Shown: in pieces, positions 28,061 through 37,932 of the stretch
How the letters are laid out: every line of letters starts with the position of its first letter
Position numbering within the stretch: position 1 is the first letter of the stretch
Assembly (NCBI GenBank): GCA_965218795.1
Contig: OZ244653.1
Coordinates: 704,001 to 768,000, forward strand
DNA: 64,000 nt
Direction: 5' to 3'
From: a bacterium
GTDB lineage: Bacteria; UBA8248; JACPRG01; G963555815
Made by a program: the position numbers and the translations under genes
Notes under the pieces: model-generated
Databases searched by the model: none
Seen by the model: only the letters and a program-made list of their open reading frames with translations
What the model was told of the DNA's origin: nothing

Positions 28061-29776
28061 TCAGGCCGATGGGTGCTTGCAGATAACGTTCAGGAGCGCC
28101 TGCCGGCCTTCCTCCCGGACGGCTTTCAGGGATCTCTGCAAGGCGGCCGGCAATTCGCCGGGGTCTTCCACGCGCTCGCCGTATCCCTCGTGAACCTCCA
28201 TCATCTTCTCGAAGTTCGGCGAAGGCTGGAGGTCGCTGAGGGGGAACTGGTCTCTGCCCGCGGCCCATCCGTCCGGATAGAGGTCCTGGGCCGCCCTCCG
28301 AACCGCGTTCCAGCACTGGTTGTTGAACACCACTGTCAGAATGGGCAGGTTCTGCGCGCGGGAGACAAAGTGCGCGGACGTGGGCGAGTTGAACATGTAG
28401 CTGCCGTCGCCGACGCAAGCGATGACGGTCTTTTCGGGCTTGGCCAGCTTGACCCCGAGGGACGCGCCGAGCCCCCATCCCAGTCCTGACGCGTGGGAGG
28501 AGCCGAAGAACGTGGCGGGACGGGTGAAATCCACGTGCTGGGGCAGCAGGTCGTACTCATTGACGAGAACGGTGTCCTCGTCGAAGACCTCATTGATGCA
28601 GCGCGAGACCCAGCGGTAGTCGATGGGTTTTTCCTTGCCGGCCGCCTCGCCGGCCTGTTTCCATTCCTTTCGCTGTTGATCGTGGGCGGCGGCGTGACGG
28701 GCCCGGCGTTTGTCCAGTTCGGCCTCTTTTCCGTTCAACCGCTCGCTGAGCGCGTCGCTGAGGCTTCGGAGTCCGACCGCCGGGTCGCCCTTCAGGGCGA
28801 CGTCCATGGGATAGCCCCGAATCGGGTAGTCCGAGAAATAGGGGTCTCGCCCGAGATGGATGACGGTCGTGTTTTCCGACGGCTTTCCGAAGGAGGGGAC
28901 CCAAGGGACGTCGGCCTCCACGACCACGACCACGTCCGCCTCCTGGAGGAGGGGGCCCGGCTCGAAACCCCGGTGCAGGGGGTGGTCCGTGGGGAAGTTC
29001 ATATAGATGTTGCGGTGCTCCACCACGGGGATGGCGCCGGTCTCGGCCAGGTCGATCAGGTGAAGGACGGCTTCCGGGTTGACGCCCGCCGCGCCGGCGA
29101 TGATCAAGGGGGATTGCGCGCTTGCGAGGAGATCGGCGGCCCGTCCGGTTTCTTCCGCATCCGGTTGGGAAGAGGCGCCTCCGAATCGGGCTTCCGGCCG
29201 CTTCAGCGTCAGGGTCTGCTGCTCTTCCGCCAGGACCTCCCGAGGGAGGATCAAGTAGACCGGCCCGGGGGGATCGGCCATGGCCAGCGTGAGGGCCCGG
29301 TCAATCACCGTTTCCAGCTGTCCGGCGTTACGCAACTCGTAATCCCACTTCACGTATTCGCGAATCATTCCCGCCTGATCGCGCGATTCCTGAGCCCAGT
29401 GAATGTAGACGCTCCGGTGGCCCGGAACGCCTTCTTCATTGATGGGCGTGCGGCCGGCGGTGAACAGAACGGGAACGTGCGCCTTGGCGGCGTTCATGAT
29501 CTGGGCCGCGGCGTTCGCCGTCCCCACCGTGACGTGGACCATTGCCGCCTGGGGCTCGCCGGTCACCATGTAATAGCCGTGCGCCATGCTGACGGCCGTG
29601 GCCTCGTGGGGGCAAAGGACCGGCGTGGGGCAGGGCTGGTTCCCGGTCTTGCGCTTCGAAAAACACTCCACCAGGGGAGCGAAGTCCGTGCCCGCGTTGG
29701 CGAAAAAGTATTTCACCCCCCGGCGGGACAGGATCTCCAGATAGGCGTCGGCGGTATTCTCTACAGGGATATCCAC
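28061..29776 (-). CDS. Thiamine diphosphate-dependent enzyme (acetolactate synthase/benzoylformate decarboxylase-like)
   Basis: NAGTDF, PHE, HVTVGTAN and the GDGSY...NN ThDP motif. Confidence 0.9.
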   Translation of the reverse strand: MDIPVENTADAYLEILSRRGVKYFFANAGTDFAPLVECFSKRKTGNQPCPTPVLCPHEATAVSMAHGYYMVTGEPQAAMVHVTVGTANAAAQIMNAAKAHVPVLFTAGRTPINEEGVPGHRSVYIHWAQESRDQAGMIREYVKWDYELRNAGQLETVIDRALTLAMADPPGPVYLILPREVLAEEQQTLTLKRPEARFGGASSQPDAEETGRAADLLASAQSPLIIAGAAGVNPEAVLHLIDLAETGAIPVVEHRNIYMNFPTDHPLHRGFEPGPLLQEADVVVVVEADVPWVPSFGKPSENTTVIHLGRDPYFSDYPIRGYPMDVALKGDPAVGLRSLSDALSERLNGKEAELDKRRARHAAAHDQQRKEWKQAGEAAGKEKPIDYRWVSRCINEVFDEDTVLVNEYDLLPQHVDFTRPATFFGSSHASGLGWGLGASLGVKLAKPEKTVIACVGDGSYMFNSPTSAHFVSRAQNLPILTVVFNNQCWNAVRRAAQDLYPDGWAAGRDQFPLSDLQPSPNFEKMMEVHEGYGERVEDPGELPAALQRSLKAVREEGRQALLNVICKHPSA

Positions 29777-29839
29777 GAAGGCTCCTCCCGGAAGTTACAG
29801 GATTGAAGATGTCCAGCAGTCTAGCACGCGAGGCGAGCG

Positions 29840-30175
29840 TTAAAAATGGAGCGCCAGCCAGACGGTCTTCTCCTCGGGATGGGTCCATTCGACGCGGTGC
29901 CGCCGGTGGGCGGGAATGAGCACGTAATCGCCGGGCCGCATCTCCCGGACCGCGCTCTCGCCTTCATAAAGAAGCCTTGCCCCGCCGCTCAGCAGGACGA
30001 CCCACTCATCCGATTCCGGGTCGTACCATTCGTCCGGAGGGGTCGTCTGACCGGCGGAGACGATCCGCTGCACCCTCACAGGAGGTCTGGACAGAAGGTC
30101 ATCGAAGATTTCCCGGGGGATTTCCTCGGGGATATTCGAGAACAAGTTGCCGGTTTGGAGGGGTTCCATAGGCAT
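29840..30175 (-). CDS. Cupin-domain protein
   Basis: RIVSAGQ, EWVVLLSG, IPAHRRHRVEWT. Confidence 0.85.
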   Translation of the reverse strand: MPMEPLQTGNLFSNIPEEIPREIFDDLLSRPPVRVQRIVSAGQTTPPDEWYDPESDEWVVLLSGGARLLYEGESAVREMRPGDYVLIPAHRRHRVEWTHPEEKTVWLALHF

Positions 30176-30346
30176 CTCCACTGACGGCTCTGCGGGATCA
30201 GCCCGCTCGCCTTCGGACCGCGCAGTCGCCTGATGACGCAGTATATCCCTAAGCGGTCGGTCGGCGGTGGGGTCGCTGCACGGAAGGGATGCGTTCGAAG
30301 CGACTGTCTTTCTCGTCTACGGATGTGGCGTCGGCGGGAGGCGACC

Positions 30347-30742
30347 ATGACAGACCTGCACGATGCAGTTCGGCTGGAGGCGTTCGAGAGCTGGATGAGA
30401 ATTGCTGAAGCAATGAACCGGATGGATGAAATATCGAAATATCAGAAGGGTGAAACGAAAAGGGCTTTCGGTGTCGCCTCGCGGCTCATCGTCGATCGGC
30501 TCACATGGACGATTTGGCTATCGGTTCGGCTTCCTTCTTTTTTGGGGGAGGCGGTTTCCACTTTCACGCGTTCCATTTGGCTCTACAGTCAGCAAATCGA
30601 CAAAAGAGATTTTGCAATCTTTGTGTATAAAGATGCCTCTGCTCTGGATTCCTGCTTTCGCAGGAATGACAGACAAAGAGCCTGCCGAATGGATTCCTGC
30701 CCCCGACAAAAGCACTCGAGGACAGGCCACGCGCAGGAATGA
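30347..30742 (+). CDS. Hypothetical protein or relic that runs into REP repeats
   Basis: GGGAGG RBS before ATG at 30347. No recognisable family; the 3' part is repeat-derived. Confidence 0.25.
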   Translation: MTDLHDAVRLEAFESWMRIAEAMNRMDEISKYQKGETKRAFGVASRLIVDRLTWTIWLSVRLPSFLGEAVSTFTRSIWLYSQQIDKRDFAIFVYKDASALDSCFRRNDRQRACRMDSCPRQKHSRTGHAQE

Positions 30743-30836
30743 CAAACGGCTCAGACAGCGCGGAATCCTCGCACCCCCGTCGAACTCCCCCTGTCCAGCC
30801 CTTTTGATCGTCATTCCCGCGTAGGCGGGAATCCAC
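30645..30836. repeat. Cluster of three REP/dRS3-like palindromes (30645-30670; 30690-30743 with nested insert; 30810-30836)
   Basis: tggattcctgctttcgcaggaatgac; tggattcctg-cccccgacaaaagcactcgaggacaggc-cacgcgcaggaatgac; gtcattcccgcgtaggcgggaatccac. Confidence 0.85.
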
Positions 30837-30971
30837 AGGCCCCAGGGGAAAACTCCTGAGAAGGGGATGATGGTGGACCCGCAAACGAAAAGGCGCCGCT
30901 GAGAAAGGGGAGTATCGAAAATGAAAGCACGCGCGGGACCAAAGCGGCTCCCCAGTAAGGCGCATAGCCGA

Positions 30972-31286
30972 CTACGTCTCCCGGGGATCCTTCAGGAGAT
31001 AGGCCCAGAATTCCTCCCCCTCCAGCGGCGAGGCGGTCTCGATGGGTTCTGTTTCGATGTCGGTGAAGTATTGGTCGTAGACGACCATTCGTTCATGGGC
31101 GAGAGGTGGGGAGCAGTAGCAGTTCTCCGTCCATTCCACGTGCTCGTCCCGAATCACGGCCCTGCGCATGGAGGCCAGTATCTCGCCGCCCTCGGGCTTG
31201 ATGGATGCAATGGAGCCGTCCGTCAGCGCCTCGAGGAAATCCTGCCTTCTTTCGTGCAGAAAGTTCGCTTTTACGTGATAAAGCAT
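30972..31286 (-). CDS. Hypothetical protein with CYC motif
   Basis: Host-like codon usage, WTENCYCSPPLAHER, start coupled to the upstream stop. Confidence 0.7.
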   Translation of the reverse strand: MLYHVKANFLHERRQDFLEALTDGSIASIKPEGGEILASMRRAVIRDEHVEWTENCYCSPPLAHERMVVYDQYFTDIETEPIETASPLEGEEFWAYLLKDPRET

Positions 31287-31528
31287 CAGGCGTCCTCCTC
31301 GAGCCGGGTCTTCAGGAAAGGAGAAGGTTCGACGACATGTTTTTTCAGATTCCAGACGTCAAAGGCGTGCATCCCCCGGACACGCTCGAACAGCAGCGCG
31401 GGACCTCCATCCACACGGACCTTCTGGCAAATGGCGCCGATTTCCTGAGCGGGACCGACCTCGATAGGGGACAGATCGCCCTCGGCCCGAAGGTCATCCA
31501 GGAATCCCCGCAGGTCACGGCAGACCAT
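31286..31528 (-). pseudogene. UbiD-family decarboxylase remnant (internal deletion)
   Basis: DLRGFLDDLRAEGDL...EIGAI...GGPALLFERVRG is the UbiD N-terminus; only 80 aa remain. Confidence 0.75.
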
Positions 31529-31555
31529 TCCGTTTCTCTCTCCCGGCGAATTTCG

Positions 31556-32470
31556 TCAGCGACTCACGGGATTGGAAATCTTTCCAATGCCGTCGATTTC
31601 AATCGTGACGGTGTCCCCGTCCTTCAGGAACTCGCCGCGGCCCATGCCGACGCCTTCGGGCGTCCCGGTTGCAATCACATCGCCCGGGCAGAGGCGGACC
31701 ACCGTGGACAGATAGGCGATCTGATCCTGAATGCTGAAGAGCATATCGCTGGTGTTGGCATCCTGCATCAACTCGTCGTTCACCCACAACTTGAAATCCA
31801 GGTGATTGGGATCCCGGATGTAGGCCTTGGGGGCGAGGTAAGGGCCCATCGGAGCGAACGTGGGAGCGCATTTTCCGCCAAACCAGTCCCATTTGAACTT
31901 CCATTCGGCCCTAACGTTTCTGTCGCGGGCTGAGACGTCGTTGAAGCAGGTGTACCCGGCCACGTGGTCAAGGGCGTTTTCGACCGAGATGTCCGCGCCT
32001 CCCTTTCCAATGACGACAGCCAGCTCTGCTTCCCAATCCACCTTCTGGGTGTTTGCGGGCAGATGGATGGTTTCGCCGGGACCGATCACGCAAAGATGGG
32101 GGATCTTGAGAAAAAAGTAGGGATCCCCCTGCGACTTGTCGGTGACCTCACCGCCCATTTCCTCGGCGTGGGCCTTGTAGTTGGCAGCCGCGCAGAAAAT
32201 CGAGGGCGGGTAGAGAATGGGCGCCCGGAGCGCGGAGGCCTCGACTTCGTGCCGTTCGTAATCGGCGACGCCGCCAGCCAGCTCTTCGAGCTGGGGGTGG
32301 ATCTCATCCAGGTTCTCGATCATCTCGTGGATGGGATAATCGCCGCTGATGAGCGGGGCCCCGAGCACTTCGTCCCAGGCCCTCATGCAGTCATAGGTCT
32401 TCTCTTCGACGACGATCCCGACCTTCGGCTGTCCGTCCCGCTCAAAGCTTGTCAGCGCATATTGCGCCAT
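31556..32470 (-). CDS. Fumarylacetoacetate hydrolase family protein
   Basis: NYKAH, DWEAELAVVIG, NDVSARD, GDVIATGTPEGVG. Confidence 0.92.
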   Translation of the reverse strand: MAQYALTSFERDGQPKVGIVVEEKTYDCMRAWDEVLGAPLISGDYPIHEMIENLDEIHPQLEELAGGVADYERHEVEASALRAPILYPPSIFCAAANYKAHAEEMGGEVTDKSQGDPYFFLKIPHLCVIGPGETIHLPANTQKVDWEAELAVVIGKGGADISVENALDHVAGYTCFNDVSARDRNVRAEWKFKWDWFGGKCAPTFAPMGPYLAPKAYIRDPNHLDFKLWVNDELMQDANTSDMLFSIQDQIAYLSTVVRLCPGDVIATGTPEGVGMGRGEFLKDGDTVTIEIDGIGKISNPVSR

Positions 32471-32472
32471 CT

Positions 32473-32780
32473 TCACCTCCTGTGGATCTGACCCTCCGTT
32501 GCATCCATGGACTTCAGGTGCTCAATCAAGCTGCATGGTACGGAGGTCAACCCGGCGATGGTCGCCACCACCATCGGGAAAATGAGATCAGGAAGCTCAT
32601 TGCGATCTTCGAGATCATCCCGTATCCGAACCAGATGACCAGAAGGGGGCAAAGGCAACCTTGAGGACCGATTGAAACCCCACGAAGGCCAGAGCGTCCT
32701 TCCAGAACTGCGACTTTTCTTCCGTTGCAACGCTTCCGCCGGCCATGGTGTCCAATCGCATGAAGGATTCGGAGTAGCAT
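32473..32780 (-). pseudogene. NitT/TauT-family ABC permease fragment, frameshifted
   Basis: PLLVIWFGYGMISKIAMSFLISF and FPMVVATIAGLTSV...LKSMDATEGQI lie in different frames. Confidence 0.7.
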
Positions 32781-33049
32781 CGGTGATTCCGAATTATCGG
32801 ATTTTCAAAATTCTAATCGCACCTAAGGAATCTGCGCAAGCAGGCGCGGTATGCTCTGTTTTCGTCTGGCTCATGCCCTGAAAGGATATCAATCCCTTCG
32901 GATCCGACAGGGAAGAAGATGGCGGGGGGATATTCTCCGGTCCAGATTGCTCTCCCGATCCCGATGGCCAAGGCGCAGGGCGTCCAGAGGGATGGAAGAT
33001 CACAGAAAGCATCCCGCGGGATCAGATTTACAGCTACAAGTACCTTAGG

Positions 33050-33557
33050 TGTCGGACCCGCCCGCTCCGCTCATTGCTCTGGACGCGCGTCTCAGGCTTC
33101 ACGGCCCGGAGGGTGACGGGGAGATCCTCTGGCCGAATTCTTCAAAGGCTACTACGAGGTGGACAAGAGGCCGGCGGAAATTCTGACGGAGGTTCGCGTC
33201 CCCCGTTCCTTGGAGAAGGCTCGAGGCACCTATCTGAAATTTGTCGGGAACGCGGCGGCCGATTGGCCGATTCCGGGCGTCGCGGCCCTGCTGCAAACCG
33301 GACGGGGCCGGGTGGTCAAGGACCTGCGGGTGGTACTTTCCTGTGTTTCCTCGACGCCGCTGAAGGTCGCCGGTCTCGGAGATCTGGTTTTCGGACAGCC
33401 CCTCACCGAAGAGCGCATGGAATCCATCGCGGCTTCGGCGGCTGAGCAGGCGGACCCTATCGAGGACGGCAGGGGATCGGCGTGGTACAAACGGGAGATC
33501 GTCCGCGTCCACGTGAGGCGGGCGCTGGAACAGCTCACCAACGGATCGGGAGGCTAG
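33050..33557 (+). pseudogene. CoxM/XdhB-like FAD subunit, 5'-truncated and frameshifted
   Basis: SDP-PAPLIALDARLRLHGPEG, then LAEFFKGYYE...EILTEVRVP...DPIEDGRGSAWYKR. Confidence 0.75.
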
Positions 33558-33561
33558 CCGG

Positions 33562-34116
33562 GTGAATGCTCACGGACAGGCGGCCCGTCCCGTTGAAATT
33601 CATGTGAACGGGGAGAGGCGGATCGTCTTCATCAAGGACAACGCGCTGCTGCTGGACGTCCTGCGGGAGCAGATCGACCTGGCCGGACCGAAGGAGGGCT
33701 GCGGAGTGTCCGCTTGCGGGACCTGTACGGTTCTTCTGGACGGCGAGCCCGTAAGCGCTTGTCTGGCTCTGGTTGCGCAAATCGGACCGGACGAGGAAAT
33801 CCTTACAATCGAAGGCTTATCCGCCGACGGGAATCCGGACCCGATCCGGAAGGCCTTTTACGAAGAGTCGGCCTTCCAGTGCGCGTTTTGCACCCCGGGC
33901 ATGATCATGGCGGTAAAGGGTTTGCTCAGCGAAAACGCGGATCCGACCGATGCGGAAATCCGTGAGTACCTGATCGGCAACTACTGCCGATGCGGAGCTC
34001 ACACCGACATCCTGCGCGCCGTCCACCGAACTGCCGATTCGATTCGGCTCCGGCCTGAATCATTCCGCAGTAGCGGCCGGACCTATCCCGGCGGATCCCA
34101 GCTTTTTCTCACTTGA
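33562..34116 (+). CDS. CoxS/XdhC-like 2x[2Fe-2S] subunit
   Basis: GCGVSACGTC, QCAFCTPG, CRCG. No Mo subunit follows, and the 3' end overlaps the convergent gene. Confidence 0.85.
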   Translation: MNAHGQAARPVEIHVNGERRIVFIKDNALLLDVLREQIDLAGPKEGCGVSACGTCTVLLDGEPVSACLALVAQIGPDEEILTIEGLSADGNPDPIRKAFYEESAFQCAFCTPGMIMAVKGLLSENADPTDAEIREYLIGNYCRCGAHTDILRAVHRTADSIRLRPESFRSSGRTYPGGSQLFLT

Positions 34117-35603
34117 AATTCCAGGCTCTCGGGATCTCTCGCCAAATATCGACCGTAACCGCTCTTCCCGGTCACCTCGCCGTTTTCAAAAACCACCGAA
34201 CCTCGGCAGATCGTCGTGATCGGCCAGCCCTTGACCGGTAGTCCCTCGAACAGGGTGAAATCGCCGAAACCGTGGAGCTTATCGCCCGAAAGCGCGACCT
34301 CCCGATCCATGTCCAGGATGACCAGGTCCGCGTCAGCCCCGACCATCCACGAGCCCTTCTTGGGATACAGGCCGAAAGTCCTGGCGGTGTTCTCGCAGCA
34401 AATCTGAACGATCCGCTCCAGGGGGATCCCCCGTTTGTGGACTCCCTCGCTGAGCAGGAGGGGCAGCAGGATCTCCATCCCGACGAAGCCGGACCCCGCC
34501 GACCATACGTCGTCGATCTCGTCCCCTTCGCGGTCGCCGCTGTCTCCGCGGACCATCTTCTCTTCGTAATTCGTGACGACGTGATCGCTGCCGATGCACT
34601 CGACGCGGCCGTCCATCACCCCCTGCCAGAGGGAGTCATTGTGGTGGCGGTCGCGGATCGGCGGATTGACCTTGAGGAGGAGACCGGCGGGGCTGTCTGT
34701 CGTCGCCAGCAGGTATTGGGGGCAGGTCTCCACTGTGAGCGGGACGCCTTGCCTCTTCAATTTCGTGCACGCATCCAGTCCGTCACGGGTGGAGATGTGC
34801 AGGCCGTACAGACGGCAGCCGGCTTGCTCGGCAAACAGGGCGTACCGGACGAGATGCTCCGATTCGCACCAGGGCGGGCAACGATCCGTCCACGCAGCAA
34901 TGTCCCTGCGGCCTTCTTGAATCAGCCGCTTCATCAGTACGGTCGTAACCTCCGTGTTTTCATTGTGAACCATGGCCAAGGCTGCCGGTCCGAGCCTGCC
35001 GATCTGCTCGAATCCGGCCCAGATCAGACCGTCGTCGAAAGAGGCGGGAACGGCGATCCGCATCTTCCATTTGGGGACGATGTTCGTCGTCGCGTGGCTC
35101 TTGAGGTTGGGGTAGAACTTGAAGGACGTGACACCGAACCTGCGGGCGATCTCCGGGATTTCCTCGACCTGCTCCTCGGTGTTGATCGTGGGTGAATGGA
35201 AGAAGTCGACCGTCGAATGGTCTTCGCCCATCTCTCTGAGGACGGGGAAGGCCTCGGTCCACGGGCGCGTGTCGTCCACGGTGACGAATTCCTTGAACGT
35301 CCAGGACGCCCGGCCGGAGCCGACCATGACGCCGTACGTGGTGACGCCCCCCGCGGCGGCGGCCGGACTCTCATCACGAAAGTCCTGATCGAGGGGGTTT
35401 CGGCACCCGGGATGGGTATGGGGATCGACCACGCCTGGGATGACATGACGCTCCTGGGCGTCGATGACGCGTTTCGCAGAAGGAATCTTCGCATCGGACA
35501 CGATGCCCGTAATCTGTTCACCCTGAATCAGGACGCTTCCTCGCCGGATTCCCCCGGAGGAGACCAGACGGGCGTTGATGATCGCAAGATCGATTTCTGA
35601 CAT
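34083..35603 (-). CDS. Cyclic amidohydrolase (dihydropyrimidinase/allantoinase/dihydroorotase family)
   Basis: DPHTH, AAAGGVTT, SFKFY, HNEN, HIST, ETCPQYL, KVNPPIR, IGSDH. Confidence 0.9.
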   Translation of the reverse strand: MSEIDLAIINARLVSSGGIRRGSVLIQGEQITGIVSDAKIPSAKRVIDAQERHVIPGVVDPHTHPGCRNPLDQDFRDESPAAAAGGVTTYGVMVGSGRASWTFKEFVTVDDTRPWTEAFPVLREMGEDHSTVDFFHSPTINTEEQVEEIPEIARRFGVTSFKFYPNLKSHATTNIVPKWKMRIAVPASFDDGLIWAGFEQIGRLGPAALAMVHNENTEVTTVLMKRLIQEGRRDIAAWTDRCPPWCESEHLVRYALFAEQAGCRLYGLHISTRDGLDACTKLKRQGVPLTVETCPQYLLATTDSPAGLLLKVNPPIRDRHHNDSLWQGVMDGRVECIGSDHVVTNYEEKMVRGDSGDREGDEIDDVWSAGSGFVGMEILLPLLLSEGVHKRGIPLERIVQICCENTARTFGLYPKKGSWMVGADADLVILDMDREVALSGDKLHGFGDFTLFEGLPVKGWPITTICRGSVVFENGEVTGKSGYGRYLARDPESLEFQVRKSWDPPG

Positions 35604-35693
35604 GTCGGCGTTTCCAAGATGGAGGGGTACGCCTGGGGGCGGAAATCACCCAGGGGTTGAGCATGAACTCCGAATGGACCGTCGGCTTGATGA

Positions 35694-36371
35694 TCAGTCT
35701 GCGGCGTTGGACGCCGCCTTCGCGGCCAGGATTTCAATGATCCGGTCGCTCTGCGTGACAACCCCGAAGAGAAAATCGATGTTCTTGAGCGACATCCGAT
35801 GGAGGTCCTCTCCGTAGGCCGCTACGCAGTCCTCGGGGACCACGCAGTAATAATCCATGAAGTAGGCGTGGCGGATCGTGGACTCCACGCAGACATTGGT
35901 GGTCACCCCGCAGATGATCAGTGTGCGAATCCCTTTGCTGCGCAGGATCAGGGGCAGGTCCGTGTCGATGAACGCGTTGAAACGGTGCTTGATGACCTCG
36001 CAGTCGCCTTCTTTGGGCTCCAGTTCTCCGAAATAATCCCACCCCCAGGTGTCCTTCTTGCAAAGCGGCACATCATGATAGAGCCCTTTGAGACTTTTCC
36101 GGGTCTGTCCGAGGGCGACCTCGGACAGATACCACCCCTGTTCGGTGGCGTAGATGTTCCGGACCCATATGATCGGGACCCCCGCGTCCCGGACCTCATC
36201 AATGCATCGGCCGAGCGCGGGAGCGATCTTTCCCATCGGGGCCACGTCGAAGCCGCACTGGTCGAGCGCTCCGCCTTTGGCGCAGAAGTCGTTCTGGTAA
36301 TCGATGCAGATGAGGGCGGTCCACTCGGGGTTCAGCTTCTCCTCCAGCGTCATCAGCGGTTTACCGGCCAT
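35694..36371 (-). CDS. Isochorismatase-family cysteine hydrolase (RutB-like)
   Basis: IDYQNDF, KHRFNAF, GVTTNVCVEST. Confidence 0.9.
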   Translation of the reverse strand: MAGKPLMTLEEKLNPEWTALICIDYQNDFCAKGGALDQCGFDVAPMGKIAPALGRCIDEVRDAGVPIIWVRNIYATEQGWYLSEVALGQTRKSLKGLYHDVPLCKKDTWGWDYFGELEPKEGDCEVIKHRFNAFIDTDLPLILRSKGIRTLIICGVTTNVCVESTIRHAYFMDYYCVVPEDCVAAYGEDLHRMSLKNIDFLFGVVTQSDRIIEILAAKAASNAAD

Positions 36372-36568
36372 ATCGGCACTCCCTCCACGCCAGGTCGCGA
36401 AGGCGATCTCGAGACCCGGCTCGTTGGGGATTGAGAAAAGTTCCGACTCTCCCTCATTGGGCGAATCCTTCGATCGTATGTGCGAAAGATTGTATCTCGC
36501 GGAGGGAAAGGGGGAAAGCGAATTTCAAACCGGGGGCGGGTCGCGTCTAATCCGGGTCTGCTGTTTTT

Positions 36569-36631
36569 TGTTATAATCGACCATCGGCTCGGACCATGAG
36601 GCGCGTCGAGCCATCGATGGATTGTTTTTTT
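36569..36631 (+). promoter_or_regulatory. Extended -10 (TGnTATAAT) followed immediately by a terminator-like hairpin
   Basis: tgttataat at 36569-36577; ccatcggctcg...cgagccatcgatgg at 36581-36620; then a T-tract. Confidence 0.4.
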
Positions 36632-36775
36632 CTTCTTTCGACCGTATCGGGTTTCGAGGAATCCACCCATCCTCGGGAATGAGAACGCCAGGCGCATTCC
36701 ACGGGTCATTCTTCCGGCGTGGATTCCATTCGACGATGGAACGTACAACCGGCCAGACAATCTGAAGGGAATACG

Positions 36776-37726
36776 ATGAGCAAGAACGGCGTCACGTTCG
36801 GACTGGCAGTCAGAAACTTTACGGCTTACCCGGAGATGCCCGACGCGGATGCGCTGATTGCCTACGCGAAGCGCGCCGAAGAATTGGGCTATGACTCCCT
36901 CTGGGTATGGGACCACATCTTCCTCGGAGTGGACCCCTGCTTTCCCATCCTCGACTCGCTTACTCTGCTGACCGCCATCGCCTGCCACACCGCCAGGGTG
37001 AAGCTGGGGACGGGCGTCCTTGTCCTTCCCATGAGAAATCCCGCGGTCCTGGCCAAGGAAGCGGCGACGCTGGACGTTATCTCCAAGGGGCGTCTGATCC
37101 TGGGGATGGCCAGCGGGTGGTACGCGCGCGAGTTCGATGCGGTTGGGATTCCGTTCAAGAAGCGGGGCGACATCTTTGACCGGAATCTGGAGATCCTCAC
37201 GCGGCTCTGGACCGAGGATATGGTGAGCGGTGAGTATCCTCCGCACAATCTGCGCAGTGCCGTCCTCCACCCCAAGCCGGTTCAGAAACCGCGCCCCCCC
37301 ATCCTGATCGGAGGCTACGCGGACCGGGTACTCAAGCGCACGGCCGAGAAGGGCGACGGCTGGCTGACCTATTTCTACACCCCCGATGCGTATACCCGTT
37401 CGATGGACCGGATCCGGAAGTTCGCCGAGGACGCCGGCCGCGATCCGGATACCCTCGACAGCCTCAACCAAATTCCGATCATGGTGGCCGAGAGCGACAA
37501 AGACCGCGCGGCGATGGATGAATGGCTGACCACGGAGTGGGATTATGCTTCCTGGAGCGAATCGACCAAAGAGAGCGCGATTATCGGATCGGTCGACCAT
37601 TGCGCGGAGCAGCTTCAGGCCCACGTGGATGTCGGCGTGAGGCGGATCGTCCTGGTTCCGTTCAAGTACCAATCGGACCAGGTGGAGGTATTGGCCAAAG
37701 ACGTGATACCGAAGGTCAATACTTGA
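36776..37726 (+). CDS. LLM-class (luciferase-like) flavin/F420-dependent oxidoreductase
   Basis: GYDSLWVWDH, LGTGVL, RNPAVLAK, PKPVQKPRPPILIGG. Confidence 0.9.
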   Translation: MSKNGVTFGLAVRNFTAYPEMPDADALIAYAKRAEELGYDSLWVWDHIFLGVDPCFPILDSLTLLTAIACHTARVKLGTGVLVLPMRNPAVLAKEAATLDVISKGRLILGMASGWYAREFDAVGIPFKKRGDIFDRNLEILTRLWTEDMVSGEYPPHNLRSAVLHPKPVQKPRPPILIGGYADRVLKRTAEKGDGWLTYFYTPDAYTRSMDRIRKFAEDAGRDPDTLDSLNQIPIMVAESDKDRAAMDEWLTTEWDYASWSESTKESAIIGSVDHCAEQLQAHVDVGVRRIVLVPFKYQSDQVEVLAKDVIPKVNT

Positions 37727-37932
37727 TGGGCAAGCGGATCAGGGGCCGGGTTTGTTCCCCGAAAGGCCGATCTCTCCCGATACCCGATCACCGTTTTCCA
37801 TGATCTGCATCATGGTTCACACCCACCGTTGAATGTAAATTTTGGGGGAAGTTCGTGAGAAGAGTGAGATCACCAGTCTTCTAACGGGCGTTTCATCGCC
37901 GGTCTGGATAATCGCAATCGGGGGGGACGACT

